Assembly: GCF_009914755.1 (NCBI RefSeq)
Contig: NC_060935.1
From: the human T2T-CHM13v2.0 reference genome, Homo sapiens
DNA: 64,000 nt
Strand: one strand, 5' to 3'
Shown: one piece after another, positions 1 to 16,890 of the stretch
Position numbering within the stretch: position 1 is the stretch's first letter
Layout: each line of letters opens with the position of its first letter
Notes under the pieces: model-generated
What the model was told of the DNA's origin: nothing
What the model saw: only the letters and a program-made list of their open reading frames with translations
Database searches by the model: none
Program-made: the position numbers and the translations under genes

Positions 1-29
1 ATTACAGGCATGAGCCACCACACCTGGCC
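1..29 (-). mobile_element. Alu 5' end, cut by window edge
   Basis: attacaggcatgagccaccacacctggcc is the reverse complement of the Alu start. Confidence 0.9.
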
Positions 30-650
30 CTTTCTATCTGTTGCTGGATTTGTTTTGCTAGTATTTTGTGGAGAATTTTCACATCTGTATTTACAAGAAA
101 TATTGGTCTGTAGTTCTCATTTCTTATGATGTTTTTGTCTAGTTTTGGTATCAGGGTAATACTGGCCTCAGACTGAGTTGGTAAGTGTTCTTTCTTCTTT
201 TACGTTTTGGCAGAGTTTGTGAAGAGTTGGTAGTAATTCTTTAAATGTTTGGTGGAATTCACCAACGCAGCCTTCTTGGCCTGGGCTTTCCTTTGTGGAT
301 AGTTTTCTTATTATCAATCCAATCTTTTTACCTGTCATAAATGTATTCAGGTTTTCTGTTTCTTCTAGAGTCAGTTCCTATAGTTTGTGTCTTTCTAGGA
401 CAGGGGTGTCCAATCTTTTGGCTTTCCTGATCCACACAGGAAGAAGAAGAATCGTCTTGGGGCACACATAAAACACACTAACATTGACGATAGCTAATGA
501 GCTAAAAAAAAATGGCAAAGAAATCTCATAATGTTTTAAGAAAGCTTACAAATTTGTGTTGGGCCGCAGATTGGACAAGCTTGTTCTAGGATTTGTTCAT
601 TTCACCTAAGTTACTAATTTGCCGGTGTACCATTTATATTTATTTGAAAG
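30..650 (-). mobile_element. Old L1M ORF2 fragment, interrupted by MER30
   Basis: T-rich antisense L1 text such as ttttggtatcagggtaatactggcctca and ttctttaaatgtttggtggaattcacc. Confidence 0.85.
401..583 (+). mobile_element. MER30 (hAT-Charlie MITE)
   Basis: Termini caggggtgtccaatctttt...ttggacaagcttg; perfect 8-bp TSD ttctagga at 393-400 and 584-591. Confidence 0.92.
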
Positions 651-940
651 AGCTCCTTACACTCTAGCTGCTGATGGCTCCTCCTTGAATCTCTCTTCCT
701 TTTGATTTTCATGATGTGCTTTCTTAATAGTCTTGTGACTTTGGCCTCATTAGAATGGGGACGATGAGAGGGCTCCCCCGTTGAGTGCTCGTCAGGGTCA
801 GATGAGCGGTGCCTGGGACGTGTGGAATGTGGCGCCTGGCTCTGGGGAAGCATTAAGCGCCTGCTCGCTCTCGTCCTCACCCTCCCGGCTGCCTCCAGCT
901 CTGGCTACTCACCCTCGGCCTCAGCAGCCATTCTTCAGGC

Positions 941-1150
941 CAGTGACTTTCAGCTGGGGATGATTTTACCTCCCTGGGGACTTCTGGCCATGTTTGGAGA
1001 CATCTTTGGTGTCACCACCAAGGGCATGCGATTGACTACCAGCAGGAAGAGCCCCAGACACTGCTAAACACCCCGCAATGCACACAGCATCCCCCCACAG
1101 CAAAGATTTATCTGGCGCTAAATGGTAGTGCTAAAGTCTCTATGGAAACA
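941..1150 (+). mobile_element. MER20 (hAT-Charlie)
   Basis: Matches recalled MER20: tgattttacctccctggggac...tgtttggagacatctttgg...ctgctaaacaccccgcaatgcac. Confidence 0.85.
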
Positions 1151-3382
1151 GCTCTCCATGATTGTTGTAGAAAGAGTAGAAAATATAGTTAAGCCAAAAA
1201 AAAGAAAGAAAGAAAAAAGAAAAAGAAGAAAAATCTCTTATAATCTTGCCACATTGAAAGAACTTCTGTTAGGAAGGAGTATTTTTTATTTTAGAAATAG
1301 GAATGTTTTGAGAATATTCTGGCTCCTTTGAGTTTCCTCCCAGCGATGTCACCTGCTCGTGGTGTGACACAATATGTGCGGTGCTGGTTCAGGTCTCGGC
1401 CAGTCTGTAGATGGTCTCTCCCTCCTTCTTGATGAAGAGCAGAGGCAGTCCCTAGAAGGTGGGCTTAGTCAGGTGAGGGTGAGCAGGGCCCCTGGTTTGT
1501 CTGTAGTGGCTTGGCGTCTTTCCATTGAACTCCGTGTGCATCTAGATGTGTGTGCACAAGGATGTCCCCGAGTCACCACCCAGCTGGAATGTAGACCAGT
1601 ACGTTCGATTCTGTAGCCTGGTTAGTTACGGGAAAGAATACAACTTGGGTTCATTTTGGCAGGCCCACTTGGGTTGCATTGTTTGATTATGTAGTAGGTC
1701 CCAAATGTTTTTCTGGGGCCAAGGGCAGCCCAGGCAGGGCACGTGCCCTTGCTGCAGCCAAACACAGACATCATTTGTCCCCTCAGCATTTGTCACACCT
1801 TGATCTCACATGTCTCCCTTGTAAAGCTCTGTCTCTTGTGTACTCAGGCGAGACCCGGGGCTCAGATGACATCTCCCGGAGGAGACACTGGCTTAGCCTG
1901 GGCTCTCCTTGGAAAGGTAGCAGATATAAGCTTCAGGCCTCTCCGTAAGAAATCAAACTTGCTCAAAATTGCTGTGCATTGCCGCATGTCGGTGTCAGAG
2001 GCTGAGCCAGCCACCCAAAGGCGCTGAGGCTCAGCCACGGCAGGGTGAACAGGTGTTCAGTATGTTACTTCTCACCCTCTACCATTTGCGGAATATCAGA
2101 GGTAGGCGCCTTGGCCCAGCCTTGCGACCGGCTTCCAGTTTGCAGGTGAGGCCCTGAGAAATGGTCGCTCTGCTTGGCCGGGGCTGAGCCTGGGCTTCTG
2201 ATCTGCAGGTGGGCAATCTGCCCTCTCCACTCCTTTCTCTCCCAGGAGAGGTCTGAGTCAGCCCATCTGAGCTCCACCGGGGCCCAGACTCCATATGCTT
2301 AGGCCCTGGGGCCCCCAACAGCTGATCTACAGCCGTGACCTTGGAATCACCAGGGAATTTCAAAAACAGGCAGGGTTCCAAATCTACATTGAGACATCTC
2401 TCCTGGGTCAGCCAGGAGGTGAGGGACCACTGTTCTGGCCCCCTCTTTTCACAGAGGAAGAAGCAACATCCAGCCTGAAGGAGGAGACTGACCATAGCCA
2501 ATGAATCCCCCAACACCACCTTCACCTTCTCTCTCTCTCCCTCTCCCGCTGGTGTGTGTTTCAGGGGGTGTGAACATGTGGACTCGTACGTGCCATGTAG
2601 ATAACCTTCCCTCTCTGCTTTAAGCCTTCCCTGATATAGCGTGTGGCCTGCAGGGTCTGCTTGATGCCGACATCGACCCCACGATGGGGACAGACCCTGG
2701 GGATGTGTGATCCTGAGTCGGCCGGGGCCCCGCTGTTCTTTGGGAGCTAAAATCTGCCATTTCGCTTAGCAGAGACCCCAGTTCACAATAGAAGAGGTGG
2801 CCGCCGACAGCCTAGAAATGCGGCCTCTGGCTTCATGAAAGGTGACTTTGAAAAGCTGCATTTGTGCTTGACGAGGTCTGGGCAGCTGAGCTTTACGGTG
2901 ACAAATGATTTCAGCGCGAGGCCACGCTGTCGGGAGCAGTAGGGGATAAAAGGCTCCTTCTCTAAGGCTCCCCTTTAAAACATTTCTTTTTATTATGAGC
3001 TATTTCAAACACAAACACGAGTGGAGAGAACAGTACAATGAAGCCCCATATACCCATCACTCACCCAGATTAGATAATCAGCACGATTTGGCCACATTGC
3101 TTCACTATCTCCTCTTTCTTTCTTCTCTTTCTTTCTGCTGGAGTATTTAAAATAAAATCTCAACCATCACCTGGCTTCACCTTTGTATCTTCCTCTGAAA
3201 AAAAGATATTTTCTTACATAACCACGAAGCCAGGACCACACCTGAGAAAGTCAATATTAACCCCTCGGGGCCGTCTGATACCCAGTCCATAATCAAGTGT
3301 CCCTGTTTGCCCTAAAACGGGCTTTCTATACTGTTGGAATCTGGATTCAGAAAAGGCTCATGTGCAGTGTTTGGTCATTTAG

Positions 3383-3694
<312 letters not shown>

Positions 3695-4082
3695 AGGTCC
3701 TTAAGTTTCTTAAGGACCTTCCAGTCTTGGGCTGATCCCCACCCTTCCTCTTATAAATTTAATGACATTGACTTATTGTAGAAACCTGGCTATTTTTGCT
3801 TAGGTTTGCTCCACATCCTGGACTCCTCTATCTGCTTCCTCATGGCGTTGGACTTACCTACCTACCTCCCCTGTGCTTCCTGTAAATGGATGTCAGCATT
3901 AGAGGCTCAATGAGAATGAGATTCACCTTTTCTTTCCCCAAGAACAGGCCACAGGTGGTTCTGGGTGCTTCTCACTGTCTTATCGGGGGCATGCCTGGTC
4001 GGCTTGTCTCTCTTTTCGTGATGGTCAAAAGGACTTGTGGGTCCAGAGGGTGACAGCCCCACCCGTCCATGGTAAAGTTCCT

Positions 4083-4683
4083 TGTCTGGTAGCTCATCTT
4101 CAAAGATGGCCCCCAACGAATGTGCCTCCCAGTGTTCTCACCCTTAGGTAGTCTCCTCCCCGGGGCTGAATCCCGGCTGGCTGGCTGACTTGCTTTTGCC
4201 CACTAGGGTGTGGTGGAGTGAACTCGTGTGATATCTGAGGCTGGGTCATAGAAGCCTTGTCCTCTGAAAGTCTCTGGTCTTTCAGAACATGTACTCTGGG
4301 GGAAGCTAGCTGCCATGGAAGGAGTGAGACTATTCTGTGACCACCATGATGTGAGGAAGCCCAAGCTAACCATGGGGAGAGGCACCTAAAGAGAGACAGA
4401 CAGAGAGAGAGAGACCCACCAGCCCTTGCTGCCTCCTGCAGTTTCAGCCGAGGCACCAGACACCAGACTGCTGAAGACATCCTGGGTATCCTGCCTAGTT
4501 GAGTTTTCAAATCACCGCAGTCCCAGCTGCCATTTGACTCCAACTGTATGAGAGGCCCCAGGTGAGATCTGCCCAGCTGAGCCCTGTCAGCTCATATTCA
4601 GTGAACTCTGAATGTGAGAGGTAATATGAAATTGTTGTCATTAGTTACCACATTTAGGGATGGCTTGTTATTAACTGGGAACA
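4083..4683 (+). mobile_element. MLT1G/H-like MaLR LTR
   Basis: caaagatggcccccaa start; gtgaggaagcccaagcta; gcccagctgagccc; ends taactgggaaca. Confidence 0.8.
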
Positions 4684-5511
4684 CCAATCAACTTTTCCCC
4701 TACATGTTTTAACCATTGCCTGAATCAGTCACTTTATTAGAAGTTACAAAAATGAATTTCTAATTCCATCATTCCTCTCACATTTATTTGCTTGGTTACC
4801 CTGAGATATGGTCCCTAGATGAAAGATGGGGAAATTATGGGATTCTCTCCTTTTCATGGATGGCCCACTCTCCTTTGAAAGTGGTGATCTGACCCTTCTT
4901 GGATCCTTGGCCCAGATCAAGGTAGGAGAGAAAGAGGAAGACAGATAAGAGGTGGAAGGTGAATAGGAGACTTGGTTTCCAAGGAAACCACCAGGTAATC
5001 ATCAGGCCCTCTGAGGATCATTATTTCTTTCTCTTGCTAAAAGCCAGATGCTGTCACCTTCTAAGCCAGCTCAGATGCTTGGGCAGGCACTAAAATGGGT
5101 CCTTAGGGGAGGCAATGGGCGTGAGACCCTGTGGGGTGGCTGCTTCCACCCTCAGGCTGGCTCCCTCTCCAGGGCCTGTAGGTCCTCACCCCTTCCTCTC
5201 AAAGACAGACCACTTACCCCAAACTTCCTCAGGCCATGAGGAGTGCCTAGTTCTGGGCTGAGGGCTGCATGCAAAGCTGTCTTCCCAGGAGCTCCAAGGG
5301 ACAGGATGACTTTGCTCAGAGTCGTGTCCTGGGCCTTCATCTGTGAGAACATTGAATCTGAGGACGCTGCCTTGTCCCAGGGGTGATGGTGCCCTGAATT
5401 CCAAATCCTTCAGAAGAAAAATGAACAATGACCCTGTGTCCAGTGATCAGAGGTGACTCCAGAGTGAGCCTGGCCATGGTGCGAGAGCTGCCAGGGGCAG
5501 TTAAGAGCCAC

Positions 5512-6070
<559 letters not shown>

Positions 6071-6739
6071 TGGGAGTTGCTCTGGCAATGAGTACTCCTT
6101 GTTGTTTTATTATTTACCTCCAGCTGTGCACCTGGATTTGTTGGGTGACCCATAAGACATAAAGGATGGAGGAGTCCTACTCCAGGCTGGTGCCTGAGTC
6201 CTGATTGTGTGTGGGGCCCCCTGCCCCCCACCCCACCCTGGGGCACTCAAGGCAGATCTGAGTTCTGATTGGCTGGACTGGCTTTGGGTGGGGCTGGTCT
6301 AGACGTGGTCAGTCTTGCACATTCACAGAAGTGCTCAGTGCAGTCACTGCCTGGGCAGTGGAGCTGGTGCTGTCTTTGGCATTCTCCCCAGTGTGGAACA
6401 GACTTTATTTGTTCTGCAATAGTATCTGACAGCATCCGGTTTAATGCATGCATGGAGGAAATACCCCTAAACATAGTGTCCCCCTCATCAGAAACAATGG
6501 CTGGACACGTGTGAACATTTAGGAGGTGTTGCTTAAGCAAACCAAGCTCTTACGAATGTGGGGAGGGAACACCATTCCCTACAATGATTGTGCCGTGTGA
6601 GCTCTGGTTACAAGGAAAGGGGTCCAGGGTGGGCCCGGGAGGTTCCTGTCCATGCCGAGCCTGGCTCACATCAGGGCAAGATCACCTCCACCCAAGGTGG
6701 GCTTGGGTGGACCTACTGGCCACCTCTCAGGAACTCAGA

Positions 6740-6930
6740 ACAGCACTGGGTGCTTTTGTCTGGGATTTCAACACATCCCTCCAAGAACCTTGCGAGGCAG
6801 GGAGCATTGTAATCCCCATTTCACAGGTGAGGCAGTTGAGGCTCCGCTCACCTTGCCCATTCAAGGTCACGTAGGTGTTTTCCTAAATGGAGCCAGGATT
6901 AACATGCTGGTCTGGGAACCTTCTGTTCTC
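6740..6930 (-). mobile_element. MIR
   Basis: MIR core atccccatttcacaggtgaggcagttgaggctc...caaggtcac. Confidence 0.75.
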
Positions 6931-7112
6931 TTCCCAGCTGACAAGGAAACTTCACTATCACGGATTCATTAAGACCTTAGATTATATTTTCTCTGATCAC
7001 AAGGGTAATATGTCGTGATTTCTAAAATAGAGACGTTAGAAAATATAGAGAAAAAGAAAAACATAAAAGTCACTGTGCCCCTATTCAGAGATAAAAGATG
7101 CCTATTCTTAGA

Positions 7113-7280
7113 CTAGTGACTCTCCGACGGGAGCACGCGTGAGACTCACCTGGAGGACTTGTTAAAGACACAGATTCCCTGGCCCCATCCTGAGTGTCTG
7201 AGTCGGTAGACCTGGGTAAGGGCTAAGGATTTATGTTTTTAATGATTCCTGGGTGATTCCTTTCTTTGGGACAACTGCTT
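7113..7280. mobile_element. MER5A
   Basis: actcacctggaggacttgttaaagacacagattccctggcccca...ctgagtcggtagacctggg. Confidence 0.8.
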
Positions 7281-7284
7281 AGAT

Positions 7285-7822
<538 letters not shown>

Positions 7823-7875
7823 TCTATTCTTGTTTTCTATGTCCATTTATATTCGCACAGAGAGACACTCCTCCG

Positions 7876-7950
7876 TCACACACATGCACATATACACATG
7901 AACACATGCATGCACACACATGCAGAACACACATGAACATACATACATAT
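7876..7950. repeat. Imperfect (CA)/(CATG) low-complexity tract
   Basis: cacacacatgcacatatacacatgaacacatgcatgcacacaca. Confidence 0.8.
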
Positions 7951-9010
7951 TTTTCTTTGAGAATAATGTCAAACTATAAATACAGTTTTATAACTTGCTC
8001 TTTTTCACCTAACAACACATTGCCAATTAACTCAGCAATTAGCTTTGCTGGCAGCAAAGAGAAACAGGTTTTCTGCACAGACGATGTGGGAAGCATCACT
8101 GAGAGCCTACCACATGGCTCTGGGCCAGGAAGCGGGCAGCGGAGGGGGCACCTTTCAGATCCACCATCCTCTCCTCGGTGCAGGTGCAGGAAACTCCAAC
8201 TTCGGGCAGGTGTGTCCACCTCTTACAAAGCTCTCTGTCTGGCTTCCAAAAGCTCTGGACTTAGCTTATAAGAAAAATGAGTCATCTGACAACATGGTTG
8301 TGAACTAGGACAGAGGTACTCAGGGATGCAGGGCTGTTCTCTCCAGACTTGCACCATCTTCCCCCCTCAGTGGGTTCTAGAAGTGGACCAAGAGACCCCA
8401 AGCTGGTGCAGAGTGAGTGTCCCCGGCTCTCCCCTGTTTGCCTGGGGGTGGCCAGGCTGGGACTGCATCAGGCAATGGCTGTGGCTATTGTCAGGCAGGC
8501 AGGCTGCCCACCACACAGGCATGAAAAAGGCCCTGGAGGGGGTTCCTGGGGCCTTCTATGGGATGGTGGCTTTTGCTATTCCGGTTATCCCTGAGGTCTC
8601 CTTGGCTGTCAGCCTCATGGTTCATTGTCTCCAAGCCAGGAATCGGCCACTGCCCACTGCCCTGAGTGGGGTCGCTCTTTGGGCTCAGTGTTAGGGTAGT
8701 TGCTGGAAACTGCAAGAGGCTGTCTGGGCAGGAATGTTGCGAAGGGAATGCAAGGAAGATGAGAGGGCCGGGTTGCGACCCTCACTGCTGCCTCTCCTGA
8801 CACCCTCTCCTCCCTCCCCCTGCCCTTGCTAAAATAGTTTGGGGGGAATTGACTCAGCCTCCAGGGATGGGCCCTGATGGGTCTAAACAATCCATGTGAT
8901 CCTGTCCTCTGTCCCATGGGGTTTCTGTGCCAGAGCTGTGTGGGCATCTAGTGTGTGCCTCTCCTCCCAACTGTGTAGTCAGGTTAGTGGCTTGAAATCA
9001 GCCATGGGGT

Positions 9011-9300
9011 GGCCGTGCGCAGTGGCTCACACCCATAATCCCAGCATGCTGGGAGGCTGAGGCTGGCAGATCACCTGAGGTCAGGAGTTTGAGACCAGCC
9101 TGGCCAACATGGTGAAACTCTGTCTCTACTGAAAATACAAAAATTAGCCGGATGTGGTGGCAGGTGCCTGTAATCCCAGCTACTTGGGAGGCTGAGACAG
9201 GAGAATCACTGGAAATGGGGAGGGGAGGTTGCAGTGAGCTGAGATTGTGCCACTGCATTCTAGCCTGGGCAACAGAGCAATACCCAGTCAAAAAAAAAAA
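9011..9300 (+). mobile_element. AluSx-type
   Basis: Full sense Alu; TSD aaatca(g/a)ccatggg. Confidence 0.95.
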
Positions 9301-9828
9301 TCAACCATGGGGAGTGTTTATACCACAGAAAATGGCACATGCTATAAATTAGAGCTTTTCCTCACACCCGTCCCCACCCCAGAGAGCTGGCTTACCTACA
9401 CACCACTGACCCTCTCCCACTAATTGTGATAAAGGAGCCAGGCAGCCAGCTGCTGCTGGTGGCCACCGCACAACCACAGAGGGCTGACGGCAGGAGGACA
9501 GTGCAGAGAGACAGAAAGAGCATGGCTGCGGATGACATGCCTGATCATGCCTCACCTCTGGACTTTTTGGTTACATTTTTTCCGCATTCTTGAGAGCATC
9601 CTAAATGCTGCACCCTGGCCCTGGGGTGATTGACAGAAGGCAACACAAATGCCAGGTGAGGACCTTCAGCCCCCGGCCACTGTGGAGCAAGCAGAGCTGT
9701 TTTTGTCAAAGAGCAAAATTCTCTAGCCTGTGAGTGTTGCCGGGTGGACCTTCCCCTTCCTCCTGCCTCCCGAGGGGATGCTGCCCCAAAAGGGTCCATT
9801 TCTCAGTCTCCCCTGCCCTTAGAGATGA

Positions 9829-10609
<781 letters not shown>

Positions 10610-11795
10610 ACCTTTGTTGTTTTCTGAGGATATTTTAACAACTTCTGGAACACAAATCTGGCTCTGCACAGTAGCTGGATTGGGCAATATGAGTCCACTG
10701 ATGTCCCCGCTGCCCCAGGGACTCTGGTATCTGGGGCAGAGGTGGGACTGGATGGGTCTGAGCAGGATTTTGGCCAATTCCCCTGGGACTTTCCCAGAAA
10801 AGAACTGATGGACCCAGGTAGCCAGGGGCGACCATTCCACAGCTAGAGAAACCAAAGCGCTTTGAATTTTTTTTTCCTTGGGACATCTCCCAACCCTATT
10901 CATAAGCTTTGGTCTCTTTTGTACAGAAGAATGTGGAGTGAAGCAGAATACAGTGACCTAGGGGAAAAAAGAGGAAACAGTACAATTTTAGCCCAATTTT
11001 TCTGGAGAGAATGGAGACCATGCTTTTGGTATTGTCTGGGAGGGCGCACACCATCAGCGGCCTTGGACCAGGCTGGGAAACGTGTCCAATCAGCGGAGCC
11101 CTCAGGGGCTTGTACTAGTCTTTGAAGAAAGCCCTTTGGAGCCAGCTTCTCGCCCGGTTGTGCTGGGGAAGCAGAATTCTCAAAGGTCACGTCGCCCTCT
11201 CGCTGCCCAGCGCTGGGGGGAGGCTCCTCTTCTGCTCCCTCGGCAGCATCTGGAAACGGCCTCTTCATGGCCTCTGAGACGTTTTCTCTCTCTCCTGGGG
11301 GCTGGGGCTCACTTCCTCCCCTTGATGTCTCCCCGTAGGTTCTGTCCTTGGCTCTTTTGCCTCCAGGGGCTTCCTCGGCAATTTCACCTGTTCCATGGTT
11401 TCAGTGATCCTGTCTCTCTGGAATGTGGGTGGACAGCCTTGGGAAGCTGTGAATTCTCCAGCACCAAAACCGTCCTCCCTGAAAGGGACAGACAGCCACT
11501 CCCCGCAGAGCTGGGGAGACTCGGGGACCCTGAAGAGCAGGGGTCTCAAACTGCAGTGCTGGAAAGGGCCAGGCAGGTGTGCAGAGGAGAGGCCTGGGCC
11601 AGGAGGGAGGGGCAGGGTGCAGTCAGCTGGACGGAGAGTGCCTGGGTACTGGGCGAGGACGGCTGAGCTCCAGCTGCCGTGTAGGGATAAGGAGCCTCAG
11701 TGGGGCCAGTGCAGTGGCACTTAACCACAGGGATGCTGATGCAAATAAGCACGAGCCTCTTACACAGCACCTGACATGCAACAGGAGGCCTCCTG

Positions 11796-12640
<845 letters not shown>

Positions 12641-13204
12641 AGCCCCGCCCCGCCGAGCCCACAGGGACGGAAACAGTTTTAGGTGAGTGCCTTTTTGCAG
12701 TGGCTGACTCATGGGGACAGGACCCTTCCTGAATGGCCTGGGACCCTGTTGAGAGCCATCTCTGGGGGAGAGGTTCCAGCAGCCCAAGTGACATATTAGC
12801 AAGAATTCGAGCCAGCATTTCTGTGCATAGGGGTAGGGAGTGGGGAGAAGGGCCTAGCAGGGCAGTGTGGTGCATGCAGTAGGTGCTTACTCAGTGTTCG
12901 ATGGAGGAATGTAGACTGTCTTCTATCCAGGAGTGAGGGAAGCAGATTTTCTCTGGGTTGAGGCAGGGAGGAGGCTGGGGGTGGAGGCCTGGGGGGCTTT
13001 GATGTCCCTTTCTTGCCCCCAGGAAGCACTGCTGACTCCCACAGAGAGCAGAAAAAGAGCAGGTTAACAAAAGGAGTTTATATTCGGTCTTGAAATGTAT
13101 TCCTTCGGGGGTTTCTTTTTTTCCCCAGCAAGTCAGTTCCTTTTCAGTATTTCCTTTCATTTTGTTTTAGATTTATCTTTCTATAAATAGCATGACTGGA
13201 ATGA

Positions 13205-13790
13205 AACGTTTATTGAGGTACAACAGTGTGCAAAATGCATTGCTCTTAATAGGACAACTTGATTGCGGGTGACCACACCCATGCCCATGCAGCCAACACC
13301 CGCATCAAGGCCTAGGACGTGCCTCATCCCCGGGGAGGCCCCTCATGCCCCTCCCGGAGGGAAGCTCCATTCTGACTTCTGTTGCCATTGTGTGTTCTAC
13401 TGTCTGTTCTGGAACTTCATCACCACCGAATCCCACAGGATATGCTCTTTCGTGTCTGCCTGTTTTCTTCTACTGTTAGTGAGAATCCTCCGTATTACTG
13501 CGTGTAGCAGCAGTTTGCTCTTTTTTCCTGGTTCTGTAGTAGTCCATTGCATGAATATATCATTATGTATCCATTCTACCATTGATGGACATTTGGGTGG
13601 TTTCTAGTTTGGGGCTATATTAAGTAACACTGCTATGAACATTCTTGCACATGTCTTTTGGTGGGAAATACGCACTCATTTCTCTTGGATATTTGCCTAG
13701 GAGTGGAAATGCTGGATCATAGGGTGGACGTATGTCTAGCTTTAGTAGATAGAGAGAGAAAATGGTTTCCCAAAGTAGTGGTATATAATG
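13205..13790 (-). mobile_element. L1ME-like 3' end
   Basis: tttattgaggta...ccattctaccattgatggacatttgggtggtttctagtttggggctat...gagtggaaatgctggatcataggg. Confidence 0.85.
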
Positions 13791-13802
13791 AGATTTTTTC
13801 GA

Positions 13803-13897
13803 TCCGTCCCTCCCTCCCTCTCTTCTTCCCTCCTTCCCTCCCTCCCTTCCTTCTTCTCTCCTTCCCTCTCTTTCTTTCCTTCCTTCTTTCTTCCCCA
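13803..13897. repeat. Imperfect (CCTT)/(CT) polypyrimidine tract
   Basis: About 95 bp almost entirely C/T. Confidence 0.9.
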
Positions 13898-14000
13898 ATT
13901 TGAACTTCCAAGTTAAAAGGGGAATTTAGTACATTCACATTTATTGTGACAATTGATATATTTGTTTTTATCCTTTTCATCTTATTTTATGGTTACTATT

Positions 14001-14330
14001 TGTAACAGAAATCACCCAGTTGAAGCAGCGAGAGAGTCATCCAAGGAACTGGGTGCTTACACGATGCTTAGAACAACTGGAGGAGGAGGTTTGGCGATGA
14101 GCTTTCAGGAGTGACTGACTGCCACCTCAGAACTGGCCTGAAAGGGAATTGCTATTTCTGGCACAGCTGGGAACCTGGGGACTCAGCCCACCACTGTCCC
14201 AGAGGCTGGCCAAGGACCACACCATCCCTGCTGGACGCAGGGGTCAGAACGCAGCTGCCACAACCGTGGGCTCCAGGACTGCGTGGCTTAACCCAGCAGA
14301 TGAAGCTGGATGCTGCCTCTGCCCTGGGAC
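14001..14330 (-). mobile_element. Possible old MaLR LTR (MLT1M-like); contains the duplication donor
   Basis: Loose resemblance to recalled consensus (ggaactgggtgcttac...ctggaggag...caggagtgact...agaactggcctg). Confidence 0.35.
14122..14323 (+). repeat. Donor copy of a ~190-bp local duplication
   Basis: 7 mismatches in 185 bp versus 16521-16705. Confidence 0.97.
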
Positions 14331-14560
14331 CTTGGATCCTCACCATCCTCCACATTTGCATCTTTTAAATAACCTTGTTTAAACCTCGAATTCTCTCTTA
14401 CTAATCCAAGTTAACTATGAAAACTACCCAACCCCCTAAGGTTTCACTTGGCCGCTCTGCCTACACTACCTCAAAAGAGAAGCCTAGAACTTTTACTTCC
14501 CTTCCCTCGCTCCCTTACTGCTGCCCCCAACTCGACGTCTGAGTTTTGCAGATGCACTGA

Positions 14561-14902
<342 letters not shown>

Positions 14903-16123
14903 ATACATTTTGTCTTATAGTATGTTTCCCGCCTTTCAATCATCCCTCCTTTAATTACATGATATTTCTCGGGCATATTGTCATCCATTGAAATGTAATC
15001 AAACACACTTTGGCGCTGGCTGCTATTTCCTGTGTTCTGTCTTCCACTCTTTTGAGACTTTTGTTCCAATTTGATTTTCAACTTGTTAGAGGGTTTTCTG
15101 GTCTGCTTCCCTTGGTTTCTTTTCCTGGTCTGCTGCCTTTTCTCACTAGTTGGCAGATTGGTTCTCTCCCTTCTCACTTCCAGGGATGCAAATGAGAAGT
15201 CTGCCTGTCTGTTGTCGCAGGGCCCTTTCTGGCTGGAAGCTCCAAAGACTTCTCTTTATCCTGGAGCTCAGACGTCTCACCAGGTGTGTATTTTTTATTC
15301 ATCACGGCTGCCTAGAGTCCTTTCAGGTCACAAGATTCACGTCTCTCTTCTACTCTATTATTTCTTAAATTACTATATCTCCTTTTGTTCCTTTCTCTTC
15401 TTTTAGAAATGCTATTCCTTACAATTTAGGGTCCTAGATCTGATTCTTCAGCCTCTTACCTTTTGATTCTTGCCTTCGTTTCTCTGTGTTTGTGTCCGAC
15501 GTCATGGGCGAGCTCTTCCATCTGATCTGCCAGAATGCAGCTTTTGTTTTCTAGCGGATCTTTCCTCCCTTCATGTCCTGGATTGATTTTTTAATTCTGG
15601 AAATCGTGTGTGTGCTGAGCTCTCAGGAGCCTTGCTGTGTGTTGTGTGCAGAGGAGGCCCTGGTCCGGCCAGGTGGTTCCTTTGCCACCTGCCGAAAGCA
15701 ACGATTTCCTTGGCATCTCTGCAGGTGGAGTGACAGAAGCCTCACAGCTGGCTCAAACCTACAGGGAGTAGAAGACATGGGCAGGGGGCGACCCACTTGG
15801 CCACACTGGGACCCTTCACCGAGATGTGCCTTGGGAGGACCGTTTGTACTCTCAGGTCTTGGCTGTAGGAGCAGAAGTCCAGTGGCAAAAGCTATACGGA
15901 CCCCAAAGAAGCCATGACCCCAATGCCCGTATCAGATGTGGCCTAGTTGGTTGATGCAGAAAGAGCCAGTGGGGCGCAGAGAGCGAAGAAAAGTTCTGCT
16001 TAGAGAGGAAGATCAGGCCCCAGTCAAGGAGTGGGTCCTTTATGTGGGAGGAAGAGCCAAATGGATATGTGCTTACCAGAGGGGAACTGTGGACAGCGCT
16101 CAGTGTCCACTAAACCTGACCCA

Positions 16124-16132
16124 TTTTCTTTT

Positions 16133-16199
<67 letters not shown>

Positions 16200-16397
16200 C
16201 TTTCTTTTTCTTTCTTTCTCTTTCTTTTTCTTTCTTTCTTTTCTTTTCTTTCTTTCTTTCTTTCTTTCCTTCCTTCCTTCCTTCTTTGCTCCCTTCCTCC
16301 CTCCCTCCCTTCCTTCCTCACTCCCTCTCTTCCTTCCTTCCTTCCTTCCTTCCTTCCTTCCTTCCTTCCTTCCTTCCTTTCTTCTCTTTCTTCTCTT
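16124..16397. repeat. Compound (TTTC)n/(CCTT)n microsatellite derived from an Alu tail
   Basis: About 270 bp of near-pure pyrimidine tandem repeats. Confidence 0.97.
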
Positions 16398-16890
16398 GTT
16401 TTTGTTTTTTTTGAGATAGGGTCTCACTCTGTCGCCTAGGCTGGAGTGCAGTGGCATGATCTTGGTTCACTACGGCCTCGACCTCCTGGGCTCAAGCCAT
16501 CCTCCCACCTCAGCTGGGCTTGAAAGGGAATCGCTATTTCTGGCACAGCCGGGAACCTGGGGACTCAGCCCACCACCGTCCCAGAGGCTGGCCCAGGGCC
16601 ACACCATCCCTGCTGGACGCAGGGGTCAGAATGCAGCTGCCACAACCGTGGGCTCCAGGACTGCATGGCTTAACCCAGCAGATGAAGCTGGATGCTGCCT
16701 CTGCCACCTGAGTGGCTGGGACTACAGGTGCACTCCATCATGCCTGGCTAATCTTTTGATTTTTTTTTTTAATAGAGATGGGGTCTTGCTGTGTTTCCCA
16801 AGCTGGTCTTGAACCCCTGGGTTCAAGTGATCCTCCTGTCTCAGTCACCCACAATGTTGGGATTACAGGTGTGAGCCACCTTGCCTGGCT
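16398..16890 (-). mobile_element. AluJ carrying a ~190-bp internal insertion
   Basis: Alu text stops at cctcccacctcag (16513) and resumes at gccacctgagtggctgggactacagg (16703). Confidence 0.95.
16505..16705 (+). repeat. Inserted copy of 14122-14323
   Basis: About 96% identical to the donor, same orientation. Confidence 0.97.

Noticed and set aside
11082-11666. 194-aa ORF
   Set aside because: No homology or domain recognised; overlapping ORFs on both strands indicate compositional openness.
15936-16457. Hydrophobic FLSF-repeat and KERK-repeat ORFs
   Set aside because: Translations of the (TTTC)n/(CCTT)n microsatellite.
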